Positions 40,486 to 50,181 of a stretch of 64,000 nt of DNA are shown here, piece by piece (the first letter of the stretch is position 1; every line of letters begins with the position of its first letter). The position numbers and the translations under genes were made by a program. The stretch comes from Bythopirellula sp. (GTDB lineage: Bacteria > Planctomycetota > Planctomycetia > Pirellulales > Lacipirellulaceae): assembly GCA_965216565.1 (NCBI GenBank), contig OZ244170.1:1024001-1088000 (forward strand). The letters run 5' to 3'. The notes beneath the pieces were generated by a model, which ran no database searches, was not told the origin of the DNA, and saw nothing but the letters and a program-made list of their open reading frames with translations.

Positions 40486-42110
40486 ATGGGTGCCCTCTTC
40501 AAGGGAAGAAATACCAAGACCAGTAGCAAGAGAATTGCTGCTCGCGGCTCCGGGACAGCCGCGACCGTAACCTGGACCGTTGAATTCGTGTAGTTCGCTT
40601 CCCACTCCGCGAGATCGAACGCGCTGAATGGCGTCGAAGATTCGCCGCGCTGCCAACTTAGAAAGTCTATCCCATCGACCCGCCCGTTGATGTCGAAGTC
40701 GCCCGCCATTGGCAACTGCGCCCCCTGGATAAACACGATGTCGTCGAAGTAAGCGGCCCCGCTATTCACACTGGTTGGCCCCACGTTGTTCACCCACAAC
40801 GTTGCTCGAACTTCATCAATGTTCGCATTGTTGGGTATCAACACATTCTCCAGACTGACAAAAGACCACTCGTCGGTAGGACTATTGGAGTCCAAGGCAA
40901 CAACTCTTTGGTCGCCCAACAAATTGTCGTTCACGTCAAACCATTGGATCCTTAGCGAAGCTTCGCGCGTGCCAGTTAAAGGGTCGTCCGAAGGGTGAAA
41001 GACCCAGGCCCCCAGGGAATAGACCTCGTTGATGTCAATGTCCGCACCCACCTGAAACTCCTGACGAATGATCCCGGGCTTTGCTTGGCCGCTCGCTTGG
41101 CCAGGGGCCAAGCTTAATGACTGCCGACCTGTGTGGGCATAGTAGGCATTGGTGTTGGCATTGTGGATGGTCGTCCACTCGTCGGAACCGGATGTCTCGT
41201 ACGTTGGTGCCGAGAGGTAGGGCGCTTCGGAGTTCGGATTCAGAAGCATTCCACCCCCGGGAATCACCTCCTCTTCGCCCACATAAAGTCGGCCCAGCCT
41301 GGTTAGCTCGCAATTGTTTTCGAACAGCGCAGATGAGGTAAGAAACGGATTGTCGCGGCTTCCTGGAAACCATGCATACCGCTCCACATAGCTGCGACTT
41401 TCAAGTTCCGGCAGCACTTCAGCCATGAAGTTGTAGACTTGTTGATCGGTAAAGCTGTTGTCTTCGGGAGTGGTGGCCTCCCCGTCGCGGACGGCGAATT
41501 CAGTGATCCATATCGGCAAATTGTACGTGTTGTGGATGCTGTCGATGTGGTTGAGAAAGACCTGTGGATCGGATCCTCCGTAGCGGTGGACAGCTAGAAA
41601 GTCGACCTGCAAGTTCGGATCCGCTGCCACACCGGCCATGAATTGCGACAGCCAACCGTTACTGGTGTTGGCCACCGCAGGGCTACCAAGACGAAGTCCC
41701 GTGGCTTGCAGAGTTGGCCACAGGTTCAATGCCTCTTGGACTGTCATGTTTGCTTGCGAGGCAAGATCGGGTTCGTTGAAGCCAAGCAGCGTGTCGTAGA
41801 GTCCTGACTGCTGGCCTGCGGTCCAAGTTGTCTGATAGTTCCCCGGTGCGTTTCTTCCCCAAGACATGGGGACAAAGCTCGTTCTTTCTGGTAGCGACTC
41901 AAACCCCGAAAGCGGTTCAGCCCCCCAACTATAAAACCAGGGTACGTTTAGGGAGTCCAGCTTTTGCAAATTGGAAGCCTGATGCGGCTGAGCGAGCGAC
42001 ATGCCGGCACCGCGCTTGGCGGAGTTGGCCCAAGGCTGGACCGCTAGGCATACCGATTGCATCAAGCAAACAAAAGCAATGCAGTGGATCCAGATATGAC
42101 GAGAAACCAT
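40482..42110 (-). CDS. GH128-like glycoside hydrolase with CBM-like, dockerin-like and PEP-CTERM domains
   Basis: WFYSWG, LLGFNEPD, PIWITEFA and VERYAWF; GDFDINGRVDGIDF; VPEP plus transmembrane helix. Confidence 0.85.
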   Translation of the reverse strand: MVSRHIWIHCIAFVCLMQSVCLAVQPWANSAKRGAGMSLAQPHQASNLQKLDSLNVPWFYSWGAEPLSGFESLPERTSFVPMSWGRNAPGNYQTTWTAGQQSGLYDTLLGFNEPDLASQANMTVQEALNLWPTLQATGLRLGSPAVANTSNGWLSQFMAGVAADPNLQVDFLAVHRYGGSDPQVFLNHIDSIHNTYNLPIWITEFAVRDGEATTPEDNSFTDQQVYNFMAEVLPELESRSYVERYAWFPGSRDNPFLTSSALFENNCELTRLGRLYVGEEEVIPGGGMLLNPNSEAPYLSAPTYETSGSDEWTTIHNANTNAYYAHTGRQSLSLAPGQASGQAKPGIIRQEFQVGADIDINEVYSLGAWVFHPSDDPLTGTREASLRIQWFDVNDNLLGDQRVVALDSNSPTDEWSFVSLENVLIPNNANIDEVRATLWVNNVGPTSVNSGAAYFDDIVFIQGAQLPMAGDFDINGRVDGIDFLSWQRGESSTPFSAFDLAEWEANYTNSTVQVTVAAVPEPRAAILLLLVLVFLPLKRAPI

Positions 42111-42135
42111 AAAAAACAGTCTGTGAAAAGTAGAA

Positions 42136-42540
42136 TCACTCACTCTGCAGTTCAAAGTCAATCACGTTGCTTCCTGGCTCCACTTTCGCGGTTAGCTCAG
42201 TCTTGCGATTATACTTGACCGGTAACTGCTTTTGAGTTTTTTCGCCCTCTTTGGTAACGGGGTCGATACGCACGCTATGCGTCCCTACGGCGGCTCCCAT
42301 CGTGCCTCGGAGGTACTTCAATTCATAGTATCCGTTCTGATCGGTAAATCCACCGGAAGATCGGAATCCTGGTTGTGAGAATAAAACTCTCAGGCCTGCC
42401 TTTGGCTGCCCATCCAGAGTGACCGTGCCAGAAACGGTTCCTAGCGGAGGTTGATCGCCCTTGCTGCACCCGTAGCAGAGCGATAAAGCAAACGCCAAAG
42501 CAATTGCGGAGGGACGATAGCTAGTGAAACTATGGGCCAT
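42136..42540 (-). CDS. Carboxypeptidase-regulatory-like domain lipoprotein (DUF1559 partner)
   Basis: Lipobox YGC, VSGTVTLDGQP, TDQNGYY and LPVKYN...IDFEL. Confidence 0.85.
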   Translation of the reverse strand: MAHSFTSYRPSAIALAFALSLCYGCSKGDQPPLGTVSGTVTLDGQPKAGLRVLFSQPGFRSSGGFTDQNGYYELKYLRGTMGAAVGTHSVRIDPVTKEGEKTQKQLPVKYNRKTELTAKVEPGSNVIDFELQSE

Positions 42541-42605
42541 CTTTTTGTAATTGATGAGGATTCCTAGATTGCCTGAGATGCTACTAATATAACTTGAGTA
42601 TGACA

Positions 42606-43751
42606 TCAATTCCGTTCAGGCAAAACCTCTTCACCTGCTCGCGTGCCCAACGCGAAATAGACGACCGGGTCCATGTTTTCGCTAAGAAAGATTGCTGACC
42701 CATCGGCAAAAGCGAACTGCGCTCCACCGGGATGCTGACTTCCTGCCGACTCAGGTGAATCGGAATTGATCCCCAGCGCCAGACACGTTTCGCCAAGGCC
42801 CGTGTTATGTCGATCGACGATATAAATCGTTTCGCCGACGTCGGTAAAAGTGCTAAACGCATTGGAGAGTCCGCCTCGAAACCAACCGTCCCAGCTACGG
42901 GTTGCCAAACCTCCGCAAAACCCACCGCTCGTATCGTCGCCCCAGTTGCGCTGCAGTTCCCCGAGTAGGATCGTAGAACTCAAGCCATCAGTAATCTGAC
43001 CGGTCCGTGCACCCCGTTTCGGCTGCATCACCCCGATGACAGAATTGTCGGGGCCCGCACATGCCCAGCCCTTGTACAATTCTTTGGTCGAGTTGTTAAA
43101 GCAATTTCCTGAGCCATAGCACGCTCCATAGTCGGTCCCGCCGACACTAACCCCCAATGAGCCAGCCCAGGGCTCTACGGGTTCGGCTCCAGGATTTTTC
43201 TGCAGCATCTGAGGGTTGTCGCCTACACTTTGCCGTCGTGAGGGGCAGTAAAGAAAGGGGATATCAACTACCCGATAATTCAGGACCTCAATATTGTGGG
43301 CCACACCATACTCGAAGTCCCATTGATCGTGCAAAGCAGATAGCTCGATCTGTGGCAGGATCTCCACGATCCAACTTTGTCCCTGATATCCATTCACATT
43401 GGCAACTTGGATCTCTTCCAAGTGCTTAGGGTTGTTTGCTGTTGAGGGAGGATTCCATTTGAGTCCACTGATGGCAAGCGAACCAGCCGGGAACTTTCCC
43501 TTCATCGCCACGCCAGGAGGAAACTCTTTTCTCGCACTCTCATAGTTCAAGCAACCGAGCGACAACTGCCGAATCTGGCTGAGGCATTGTGCACGCCGCG
43601 CCGCTCCCCGAGCCGACTGCACGGCAGGCAATAGAAGGCCAACCAACGTGCCGATGATGGCAATCACCACCAGCAATTCAACTAGCGTAAAGGCACAGTG
43701 GTGGTCGTGCTTGGGAGCAAGATCTTGGAGACACTTCCGGTTAGGTATCAT
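42606..43751 (-). CDS. DUF1559 prepilin-type N-methylation / H-X9-DG protein
   Basis: AFTLVELLVVIAIIGTLVGLLLPAVQSAR and HPGGAQFAFADG. Confidence 0.93.
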   Translation of the reverse strand: MIPNRKCLQDLAPKHDHHCAFTLVELLVVIAIIGTLVGLLLPAVQSARGAARRAQCLSQIRQLSLGCLNYESARKEFPPGVAMKGKFPAGSLAISGLKWNPPSTANNPKHLEEIQVANVNGYQGQSWIVEILPQIELSALHDQWDFEYGVAHNIEVLNYRVVDIPFLYCPSRRQSVGDNPQMLQKNPGAEPVEPWAGSLGVSVGGTDYGACYGSGNCFNNSTKELYKGWACAGPDNSVIGVMQPKRGARTGQITDGLSSTILLGELQRNWGDDTSGGFCGGLATRSWDGWFRGGLSNAFSTFTDVGETIYIVDRHNTGLGETCLALGINSDSPESAGSQHPGGAQFAFADGSAIFLSENMDPVVYFALGTRAGEEVLPERN

Positions 43752-44973
43752 TCAAATCCTCTGATACTCTATTCCTACCTGGCCTCCGCAGTGCGATGCC
43801 GCAAGTCGCTGCGGCCAACAACACAACTGTCGCAGGTTCAGGAACCGAGGACACCGCCGCCGCGAGCGACGTTTGCCCATAATTGTTCTCCCAATCCATG
43901 AGATCGCTGGCACTGAGATTGTCTACTTGCCACTTGAGGAAGTCGAGACCATCAACCACACCGCTGCCATCGAAATCGCCAGCCAAGCCAGTGACAGCCG
44001 CGGGGTCGAGAGTGACGAACGTACTATTGGGGTCGAGAAAACCAAACGTGCCTGAGACGGCCAGATTATCGATCTGCGCTTCGGCAAAGTCTGTGAGTGA
44101 GCCCGACCAACGGAACCGGAACGAGGCCGAGTCACCAGGAAACAACCGAACCGCTGTTGGTGTGGGGAACGATGCTGCGACACTGGCCGAGATATTGTGG
44201 ACGTTTACATTCGATTCGCTTGAAGGGAAGTCGATTACCGAATCATTAGGGTCGGCCGGATCGATGGTGATGGGATGGAAATCCGGAACTTCGGTCCCCG
44301 TGCTAGCCCGAATCAAGTTTGCATCGAACGCCCCATTCGGATCACCTGCCAGATAAATCAAATCAAGCTGCTTGGGTGCATTGGCATTTTGCGAGCGAGC
44401 ATCGAAATGGATTCTCTCCAGTCGGAAGATATAGTCGCTTTCGTTGGTAATCGAAAAATCGCCAAGTTCCTGGTTGCCATTGGCTCGGAACTTCCACGAG
44501 CTCCCGCTAGAACCTTGCATGTTAACGCGAGCACCAGCTGAACCATCTGCCAACGGGACATCTTCGATTTCGATTCCAAAAGGTGCCGATCCGACAGTTT
44601 TGCTGCCAAAGGTTGAGCCTTGCAGGAAGCTATTGTTCGTCGATTGGCCATAGCCGTCCCAACCGAGGATAGAAGAACCGGCGCCGATTCTGCCTGTTAG
44701 ATAGACTCCGCCACCGGGTACAGCGGCATGCGATCCCACAGGCGTGGGATCGAAAGTGGAGTTGCTATCCGGGGTGTTGTCTGAGATTCCCGTGTTGTTT
44801 GGCTGGACAGCATTGGGGTCGGCGTTGTCGAATGTTTGCCAACCGATAGCGTGTAGCACGGGGTTGCCTCCGTTGCTATTGGAATCGACAACCGCTGTCG
44901 CACTTTGGCCTAGCATAACTACGCCCAAGAACCCAATTGTTGGCAGTACCTTGGAAATCATGCGCGATGTCAT
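43741..44973 (-). CDS. PEP-CTERM protein with dockerin-like domain (paralog of 45085-46071)
   Basis: Signal peptide, GDFDGSGVVDGLDF, VPEP plus transmembrane helix and RR. Confidence 0.85.
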   Translation of the reverse strand: MTSRMISKVLPTIGFLGVVMLGQSATAVVDSNSNGGNPVLHAIGWQTFDNADPNAVQPNNTGISDNTPDSNSTFDPTPVGSHAAVPGGGVYLTGRIGAGSSILGWDGYGQSTNNSFLQGSTFGSKTVGSAPFGIEIEDVPLADGSAGARVNMQGSSGSSWKFRANGNQELGDFSITNESDYIFRLERIHFDARSQNANAPKQLDLIYLAGDPNGAFDANLIRASTGTEVPDFHPITIDPADPNDSVIDFPSSESNVNVHNISASVAASFPTPTAVRLFPGDSASFRFRWSGSLTDFAEAQIDNLAVSGTFGFLDPNSTFVTLDPAAVTGLAGDFDGSGVVDGLDFLKWQVDNLSASDLMDWENNYGQTSLAAAVSSVPEPATVVLLAAATCGIALRRPGRNRVSEDLNDT

Positions 44974-45014
44974 CTCTCGTGTTCCTAGATGTCTATTATA
45001 CAAATACGCAATTT

Positions 45015-45045
45015 AAGCTGCGGGTCACCGAAGTGCCCGCAGCTT
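45015..45045 (-). other. Intercistronic hairpin with C(UUCG)G loop
   Basis: aagctgcgggcac-ttcg-gtgacccgcagctt on the minus strand; no U tract follows. Confidence 0.6.
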
Positions 45046-45084
45046 GTTGCAGTTTTTCCAATTCAATTAGTTTCTTCGCAACTG

Positions 45085-46071
45085 TTAAGCCGTTTTGCGA
45101 CGACGCGTAGCCACCAGCATCGAGCCGAATGCCAATAAACCCAAGGCCGTAGGCTCTGGAACCGATGTGGGATTCAGTTCGATGAAGTTGTTCCCCCCAT
45201 TCAAAATGCCAAATGTACCGGAGATCGCCAAATTATCGATCTGCGACTGGGCAAACGCGCCTCCGGAGTTTGTCCACCGGAATCGGAACGAAGCCGAGTC
45301 GCCTGGGAACAAACGAACCGCGGTTGGCTGAGCAAACGAGCTGGCCACGCTGGCCGAAATATTCTGAACACTCGGTGCCGAGGCAAAGTTTGACGCATTA
45401 ATCACATGCAAATCGGGGACTTCCGTACCAGTGCTAGCGCGAATGAGGTTGCTACTTCCACTTGCAAGATAAATGACATCTAAGTCCTGTGGGGAATTTG
45501 CAGCGCCTCGTCTCGCGTCGTAATGGATTCTCTCTAAGCGGAAAATATAGTCGCTCTCGTTGGTGATGGAAAAGTCGCCGAACTCCTGATTGCCGTTTGT
45601 TTGGAACTTCCAGGAACTCCCATTCACACCATTTTGGTTTTGCTGGGTACCAGGTGTGGTTTCTGTGCCAGCGTCGGGCACATCCACAATGTTTATCCCA
45701 AAGGGTGCCGAGCCCACAGTGCTGCTACCGAAGGTTGGTCCCTGCAGAAAGTTGTTGGCCGTATTCTGGCCGAAGCCTGCTCGACCAAGCACCGAAGCAC
45801 CGGCGCCAATAATGCCGGTCAAATAATGACCACCATTATTAGATCCGAAAGGTGTGGAATCGAAGGTCGAATTGCTATCCGGTGTATTGTCGGAGATGCC
45901 CGAGTTGTTGTTCGCACCGGCATTATCAAAAGTCTGCCAACCAAGGGCGTGCAAGTTCGAATTTCCGCCATTGCTAGGGGCAATGACCGCTGCCCTAGCC
46001 ACGTCGGAAGTGACGAACAGTGCCAATAACACCACTCCCACTAAGCAAGTAAACGTCTTTGTTGGATTCAT
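45085..46071 (-). CDS. PEP-CTERM protein
   Basis: Signal peptide; ends VPEP, transmembrane helix, RRRK. Confidence 0.88.
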   Translation of the reverse strand: MNPTKTFTCLVGVVLLALFVTSDVARAAVIAPSNGGNSNLHALGWQTFDNAGANNNSGISDNTPDSNSTFDSTPFGSNNGGHYLTGIIGAGASVLGRAGFGQNTANNFLQGPTFGSSTVGSAPFGINIVDVPDAGTETTPGTQQNQNGVNGSSWKFQTNGNQEFGDFSITNESDYIFRLERIHYDARRGAANSPQDLDVIYLASGSSNLIRASTGTEVPDLHVINASNFASAPSVQNISASVASSFAQPTAVRLFPGDSASFRFRWTNSGGAFAQSQIDNLAISGTFGILNGGNNFIELNPTSVPEPTALGLLAFGSMLVATRRRKTA

Positions 46072-46140
46072 TAGTCAACTCCCAATCGAATAGAAAAGAA
46101 AAGGTCTTATGTAAAAGGCTTCTTGCACAAGTGCTCACGA

Positions 46141-47820
46141 TCATAACTCGTGTGGTTGAGACGCAATGTCGTACTTTTTCATCAGTGCTTTGGAAAGCTT
46201 AGTAGCCTCGCTCTCGGTGAGGCCTGTGTCATAAATCATCAGTTCACCTAGGTCGCCGAGAAAATTGGTGTTCAGCAAAAACATGTGAGAACCAATATAA
46301 CGGGGCGTCTCGGTGGGCTCCAACTTCGGAGCCTTCGCCTTAGCTACAATTTCACCGTTGATGCTCAGTCTTGAGGTATCGGTCGTAGGATCATAAACGC
46401 TGATTGCCACAACGGGGCTGTCATCTATTATTTGTTTGCTCTTCATTCTACCAACGGACACATATTTTCGCTCACCTTCGTCATTGGTTAGATAGCCGGT
46501 GTAAATTCGACTGACTAGCTGCTTTTGATCGTTGATACGAAGCACTACGTGGGGAGGACCATTCAAGTTAACGATTTGACGTCCATTTTCATTGATGCCC
46601 CATTTGTCAACGAGCTCAGTATCCATTTGGAAAACCACGGCAACCGACTGGGCTACCCCGAGCTTCAATGGCTCGGTGACCAGAAACTTCCCGCGATCGA
46701 AGCGGATGGCTGGCCGCTCGCCGAGTGCCCGTTCCACTCGCAGAGGCCGTTTGGCTTTGTCTACTTGCCAGGCGTTTTCCGTCGCCTGATTCGATTTCGT
46801 GCGCAAGTCTCCCCAGGCAGAAATCCTGCCAGCTTCGTCCGTTTGGTAGCGACGTTCCGCCGAAAGCCACAGAGACAGCTTGCGGTCAACGATCGGGGGC
46901 GACGGTAACTCCTCTTCCTTGAATTCGATACGAGTAAAACGTTTGGGCACGGCAGCGATGCGGTTAGATTCCAATTGATCGCGGCTTACCCGCACCGCCA
47001 TGTCGTCCGTCAAATGCAATTCGTCGTTTCTGCTTTGAGTGGCATCTGATCGCACTACAACTTCGCCTTCGAAGACATGGGTTTCCGTGACCCCATCTTG
47101 ACCAACGAACAGCCCGAAACTCGTTCCCAGGTCAATGGCATCGCCGCTAGGAGTGCTGACGGTAAAACCATGCGCCGACTCTGGGATCTCGGCCGTCAAT
47201 TTGCCATGGGCAAGAATGCCCCGCATCGAAGACTTGACCGTAAAGGTAACAGGCGCTTCCAGAGTTACTTTTGCGCCACTCTTAAACTCAAGCTCCATCA
47301 AGCCGCGGGCCATTTTCAGAGTTTGGCCAGGGCCTAGCTGCGATGTAGAAACCACCGACCAGCGGTCCCCTTCCCAATCGCAATCAACTTTTCGGACGAT
47401 GCGAGCAACACTATTGTTCAAGAATTGCGATCCACGCTTAGCTTCGCCGGCAATCTCACCCTGCGATGGATCTGTCACGGTCGAGAGGTTGGTGCCCAAC
47501 GAAAACCAACTAAATAGTGCGACAGTCGCCAGTGAGGCTGCCAGGATTAAAAGCGGGACCTTCCAAGAGCTAGAAGCATTCGGAAGACTCACAGCCTTGG
47601 AAGCACCAGCCCTTTCGGCCCGCTCTTTCGATGGAGTTCCGATGCGCTGATCGTGCATCCATGCCAGAACTCCATGCAAGCTGGCATGTTGACAGAAGAT
47701 GTCTCGCGCTTCTTCGTTTTGCCCCATAAGTTCAAAGAATTGCTGGAGCTGCTGCTCCGAGGCGGTCTCCTCTAGGTAGCCCGCAATCAATTCATCGAAG
47801 TTTTCAGAAAGCTTGGTCAT
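46141..47820 (-). CDS. FecR-like anti-sigma factor with C-terminal LamG-like domain
   Basis: One transmembrane helix; FTVSTPSGDAIDLGTSFG and HVFEGEV; LWLSA...FLGDLGELMIYD. Confidence 0.88.
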   Translation of the reverse strand: MTKLSENFDELIAGYLEETASEQQLQQFFELMGQNEEARDIFCQHASLHGVLAWMHDQRIGTPSKERAERAGASKAVSLPNASSSWKVPLLILAASLATVALFSWFSLGTNLSTVTDPSQGEIAGEAKRGSQFLNNSVARIVRKVDCDWEGDRWSVVSTSQLGPGQTLKMARGLMELEFKSGAKVTLEAPVTFTVKSSMRGILAHGKLTAEIPESAHGFTVSTPSGDAIDLGTSFGLFVGQDGVTETHVFEGEVVVRSDATQSRNDELHLTDDMAVRVSRDQLESNRIAAVPKRFTRIEFKEEELPSPPIVDRKLSLWLSAERRYQTDEAGRISAWGDLRTKSNQATENAWQVDKAKRPLRVERALGERPAIRFDRGKFLVTEPLKLGVAQSVAVVFQMDTELVDKWGINENGRQIVNLNGPPHVVLRINDQKQLVSRIYTGYLTNDEGERKYVSVGRMKSKQIIDDSPVVAISVYDPTTDTSRLSINGEIVAKAKAPKLEPTETPRYIGSHMFLLNTNFLGDLGELMIYDTGLTESEATKLSKALMKKYDIASQPHEL

Positions 47821-48350
47821 TCAGCTCTTCCTTCAGACTGAAGCTTAATTTCGATACAGTCCATCAATAGCCGACGTATGCGATGCAACGTCATACCCAA
47901 AGCGGCAGGAGTTTTACCCATCGACTTTGCCAGTTCTTTCACCGAAAGTTGTTTGCCATAACGATCGGAAAGCAGATCGCGATGGCTATCTGAAAGTTTC
48001 TCAATGCAAGTAGTAAGAAATCTCATTCGTTGATCTGTATTCTTAGTGGCCTGTTCTGCGGCTTCGGCAACCTGGCTGATTAAACGCTCATCAAACTGGT
48101 GCCGGTCTCGTCCACGGTCACGTCGGTACGCCAACACTTGGAAGTAAGCCACCTTGGTCGACCAAGCATCGAAGGAGACAATTTCTGGATACTCATCCAG
48201 TTTTTTCCACAAAACCAAATTGGTTTCCTGCAACACGTCCCTGGCTTCGTCGGGGTTGCGAAGCAGCGACATAACGTAAGCAAAAAGCCGAGGTTGGCTG
48301 TTTGTCAAATCGCTAACAAACTGTTCCGTCAGTGGTCCTTGATTATCCAT
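47817..48350 (-). CDS. ECF sigma-70 factor (planctomycete/verrucomicrobial type)
   Basis: DVLQETNLVLWKK and LHRIRRLLMDCI; coupled to the FecR-like gene. Confidence 0.92.
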   Translation of the reverse strand: MDNQGPLTEQFVSDLTNSQPRLFAYVMSLLRNPDEARDVLQETNLVLWKKLDEYPEIVSFDAWSTKVAYFQVLAYRRDRGRDRHQFDERLISQVAEAAEQATKNTDQRMRFLTTCIEKLSDSHRDLLSDRYGKQLSVKELAKSMGKTPAALGMTLHRIRRLLMDCIEIKLQSEGRAE

Positions 48351-48627
48351 GTATCCTCAGACCGTTGAGATCGATTTTCCCCGGGAAATGATACCGAATG
48401 TCCTATCATAGGTACCAATAGGGGCTCACAGATAACGCCCGGACTCTCAAGTTGTCAATTTTTTCTGATTATTTTGAGGGCTATCAAAGATATTCGCCAG
48501 AACTTTGTTATTCTCGGGCAAAACTGCGGTACATGACGGAGAAGCAATCTACACCTACACTGCCGCCAGATTCTGATATTTGGCCTGGATTAGTCGAATC
48601 ACTGGAACTCACGAACGTCAATTCTCG

Positions 48628-50181
48628 ATGCATAAATTTCTGTTGTTCATCTTCTTGTGCCTCGGGCTATTTCAACAGAACTTTGCAGGTGCTGCCGATA
48701 GAGCAAAGAGTCCAAATGTACTCTTTATTGCAGTTGACGATCTTAAGCCAGAGCTTGGCTGCTATGGTGCGACACACATTCATTCGCCTCATATCGACAG
48801 ACTAGCGGCGAGGGGCACCGTATTCATGAACGCCCACTGCCAGCAAGCGGTATGCAGTCCTTCCAGAACAAGCTTGCTAACAGGATTGCGACCCGATACC
48901 ACGCAGGTTTGGGATTTGAAGACCAAGTTTCGAGACAAGCTGCCCAATGTGGTCACCATCCCCGAGTATTTTCGCAAGAACGGCTACGAGACCGTCGGAT
49001 TGGGAAAAGTGTTCGACCCACGGAGTGTGGACGGACAAGGCAAGATGGATGCACGCTCGTGGAGTCGTCCTTATCTGCACCCCTGGGCACCTGCAGATTC
49101 TACCTTCGGATATCGTGATCCAGCGCAGGTGAAACGAATCCGCCAAGGCCGACCTAGGGCAAGAGCCGCCGGCATCACTGGGCGCAAGAATGTAATGAAA
49201 TATCTCAAGGTGCGTCTAACCACCGACCTGGCCGATGTCCCGGACGAAGCGTATTCCGATGGCACCCATGCCGCTAAGGCAGTGGAATTAATTGGCGAAT
49301 TGTCTCGAGACGACAAGCCGTTTTTCTTGGCCGTTGGATTCAAAAAGCCGCATCTTCCTTTCTGTGCACCAAAAAAGTATTGGGATCTGTACAATCGCAA
49401 GGAGATCCAGACATCAGCTAATCAAGAGATGCCCACTGGTGCGCCGTCCTACCATTTTCAGGATTCTTGGGAATTGCAGAACTACGATGGCTTCCGCAAA
49501 TCCTCGCCTCTGTCGGAAGCGGATCAACTGCGTATGATTCACGGCTACTATGCCTGCGTGTCATATATAGATGCTCAAGTCGGTAAGTTATTTGCGGCGT
49601 TGGAACAGGCTGGCATCGCTCAAGACACAATTATCGTTTTATGGGGAGACCATGGCTGGCATCTGGGCGACCATGGGATGTGGTGCAAGCACACCAATTA
49701 CGAACAGGCGACTCGTTCGCCATTAATTATCTCTGCGCCTGGTCAATTTCGACCGGGTGGCAAAAGCTCCGCACCGGCCGAATTGCTCGACGTATTTCCG
49801 ACACTCTGCGATTTGGCAGGCTTGCCCCTACTTACAAACTTGCACGGAACGAGCCTGGAACCGGTGCTGGAAAACCCCGACGAAGAGGTCAAAGAGGTTG
49901 CCATCTCTCAATACCCTCGATATCCGAATAAAAATGCAACCATGGGATACGCATTTCGAACGAAGCGTTTCCGCTACATTGAGTGGGTTCAAAAAAAGTT
50001 CAAACAAGGAGCCGCCACCGGGCCAGTCGTCGCTCGTGAACTTTACGATTATGAGACTGACCCGCTAGAAACGCACAATCTGATTAACGAACCTCAGTAC
50101 AAGGAAGAACAAACCAGATTGCAGGCACTTGCCGAAAGATTCCGTTCCGATACCACAACCCCTGTTGAAAAGCTGAACTAG
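48628..50181 (+). CDS. Sulfatase, iduronate-2-sulfatase-like
   Basis: NVLFIAVDDL, CSPSR, KPHLPF and GDHGWHLGDHGMWCKH. Confidence 0.92.
   Translation: MHKFLLFIFLCLGLFQQNFAGAADRAKSPNVLFIAVDDLKPELGCYGATHIHSPHIDRLAARGTVFMNAHCQQAVCSPSRTSLLTGLRPDTTQVWDLKTKFRDKLPNVVTIPEYFRKNGYETVGLGKVFDPRSVDGQGKMDARSWSRPYLHPWAPADSTFGYRDPAQVKRIRQGRPRARAAGITGRKNVMKYLKVRLTTDLADVPDEAYSDGTHAAKAVELIGELSRDDKPFFLAVGFKKPHLPFCAPKKYWDLYNRKEIQTSANQEMPTGAPSYHFQDSWELQNYDGFRKSSPLSEADQLRMIHGYYACVSYIDAQVGKLFAALEQAGIAQDTIIVLWGDHGWHLGDHGMWCKHTNYEQATRSPLIISAPGQFRPGGKSSAPAELLDVFPTLCDLAGLPLLTNLHGTSLEPVLENPDEEVKEVAISQYPRYPNKNATMGYAFRTKRFRYIEWVQKKFKQGAATGPVVARELYDYETDPLETHNLINEPQYKEEQTRLQALAERFRSDTTTPVEKLN

Noticed and set aside
39052..40656. 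175-bp overlap between sulfatase and GH128 genes
   Set aside because: Artefact of longest-ORF calling; TTG at 40485 gives a normal 4-bp overlap and a signal peptide
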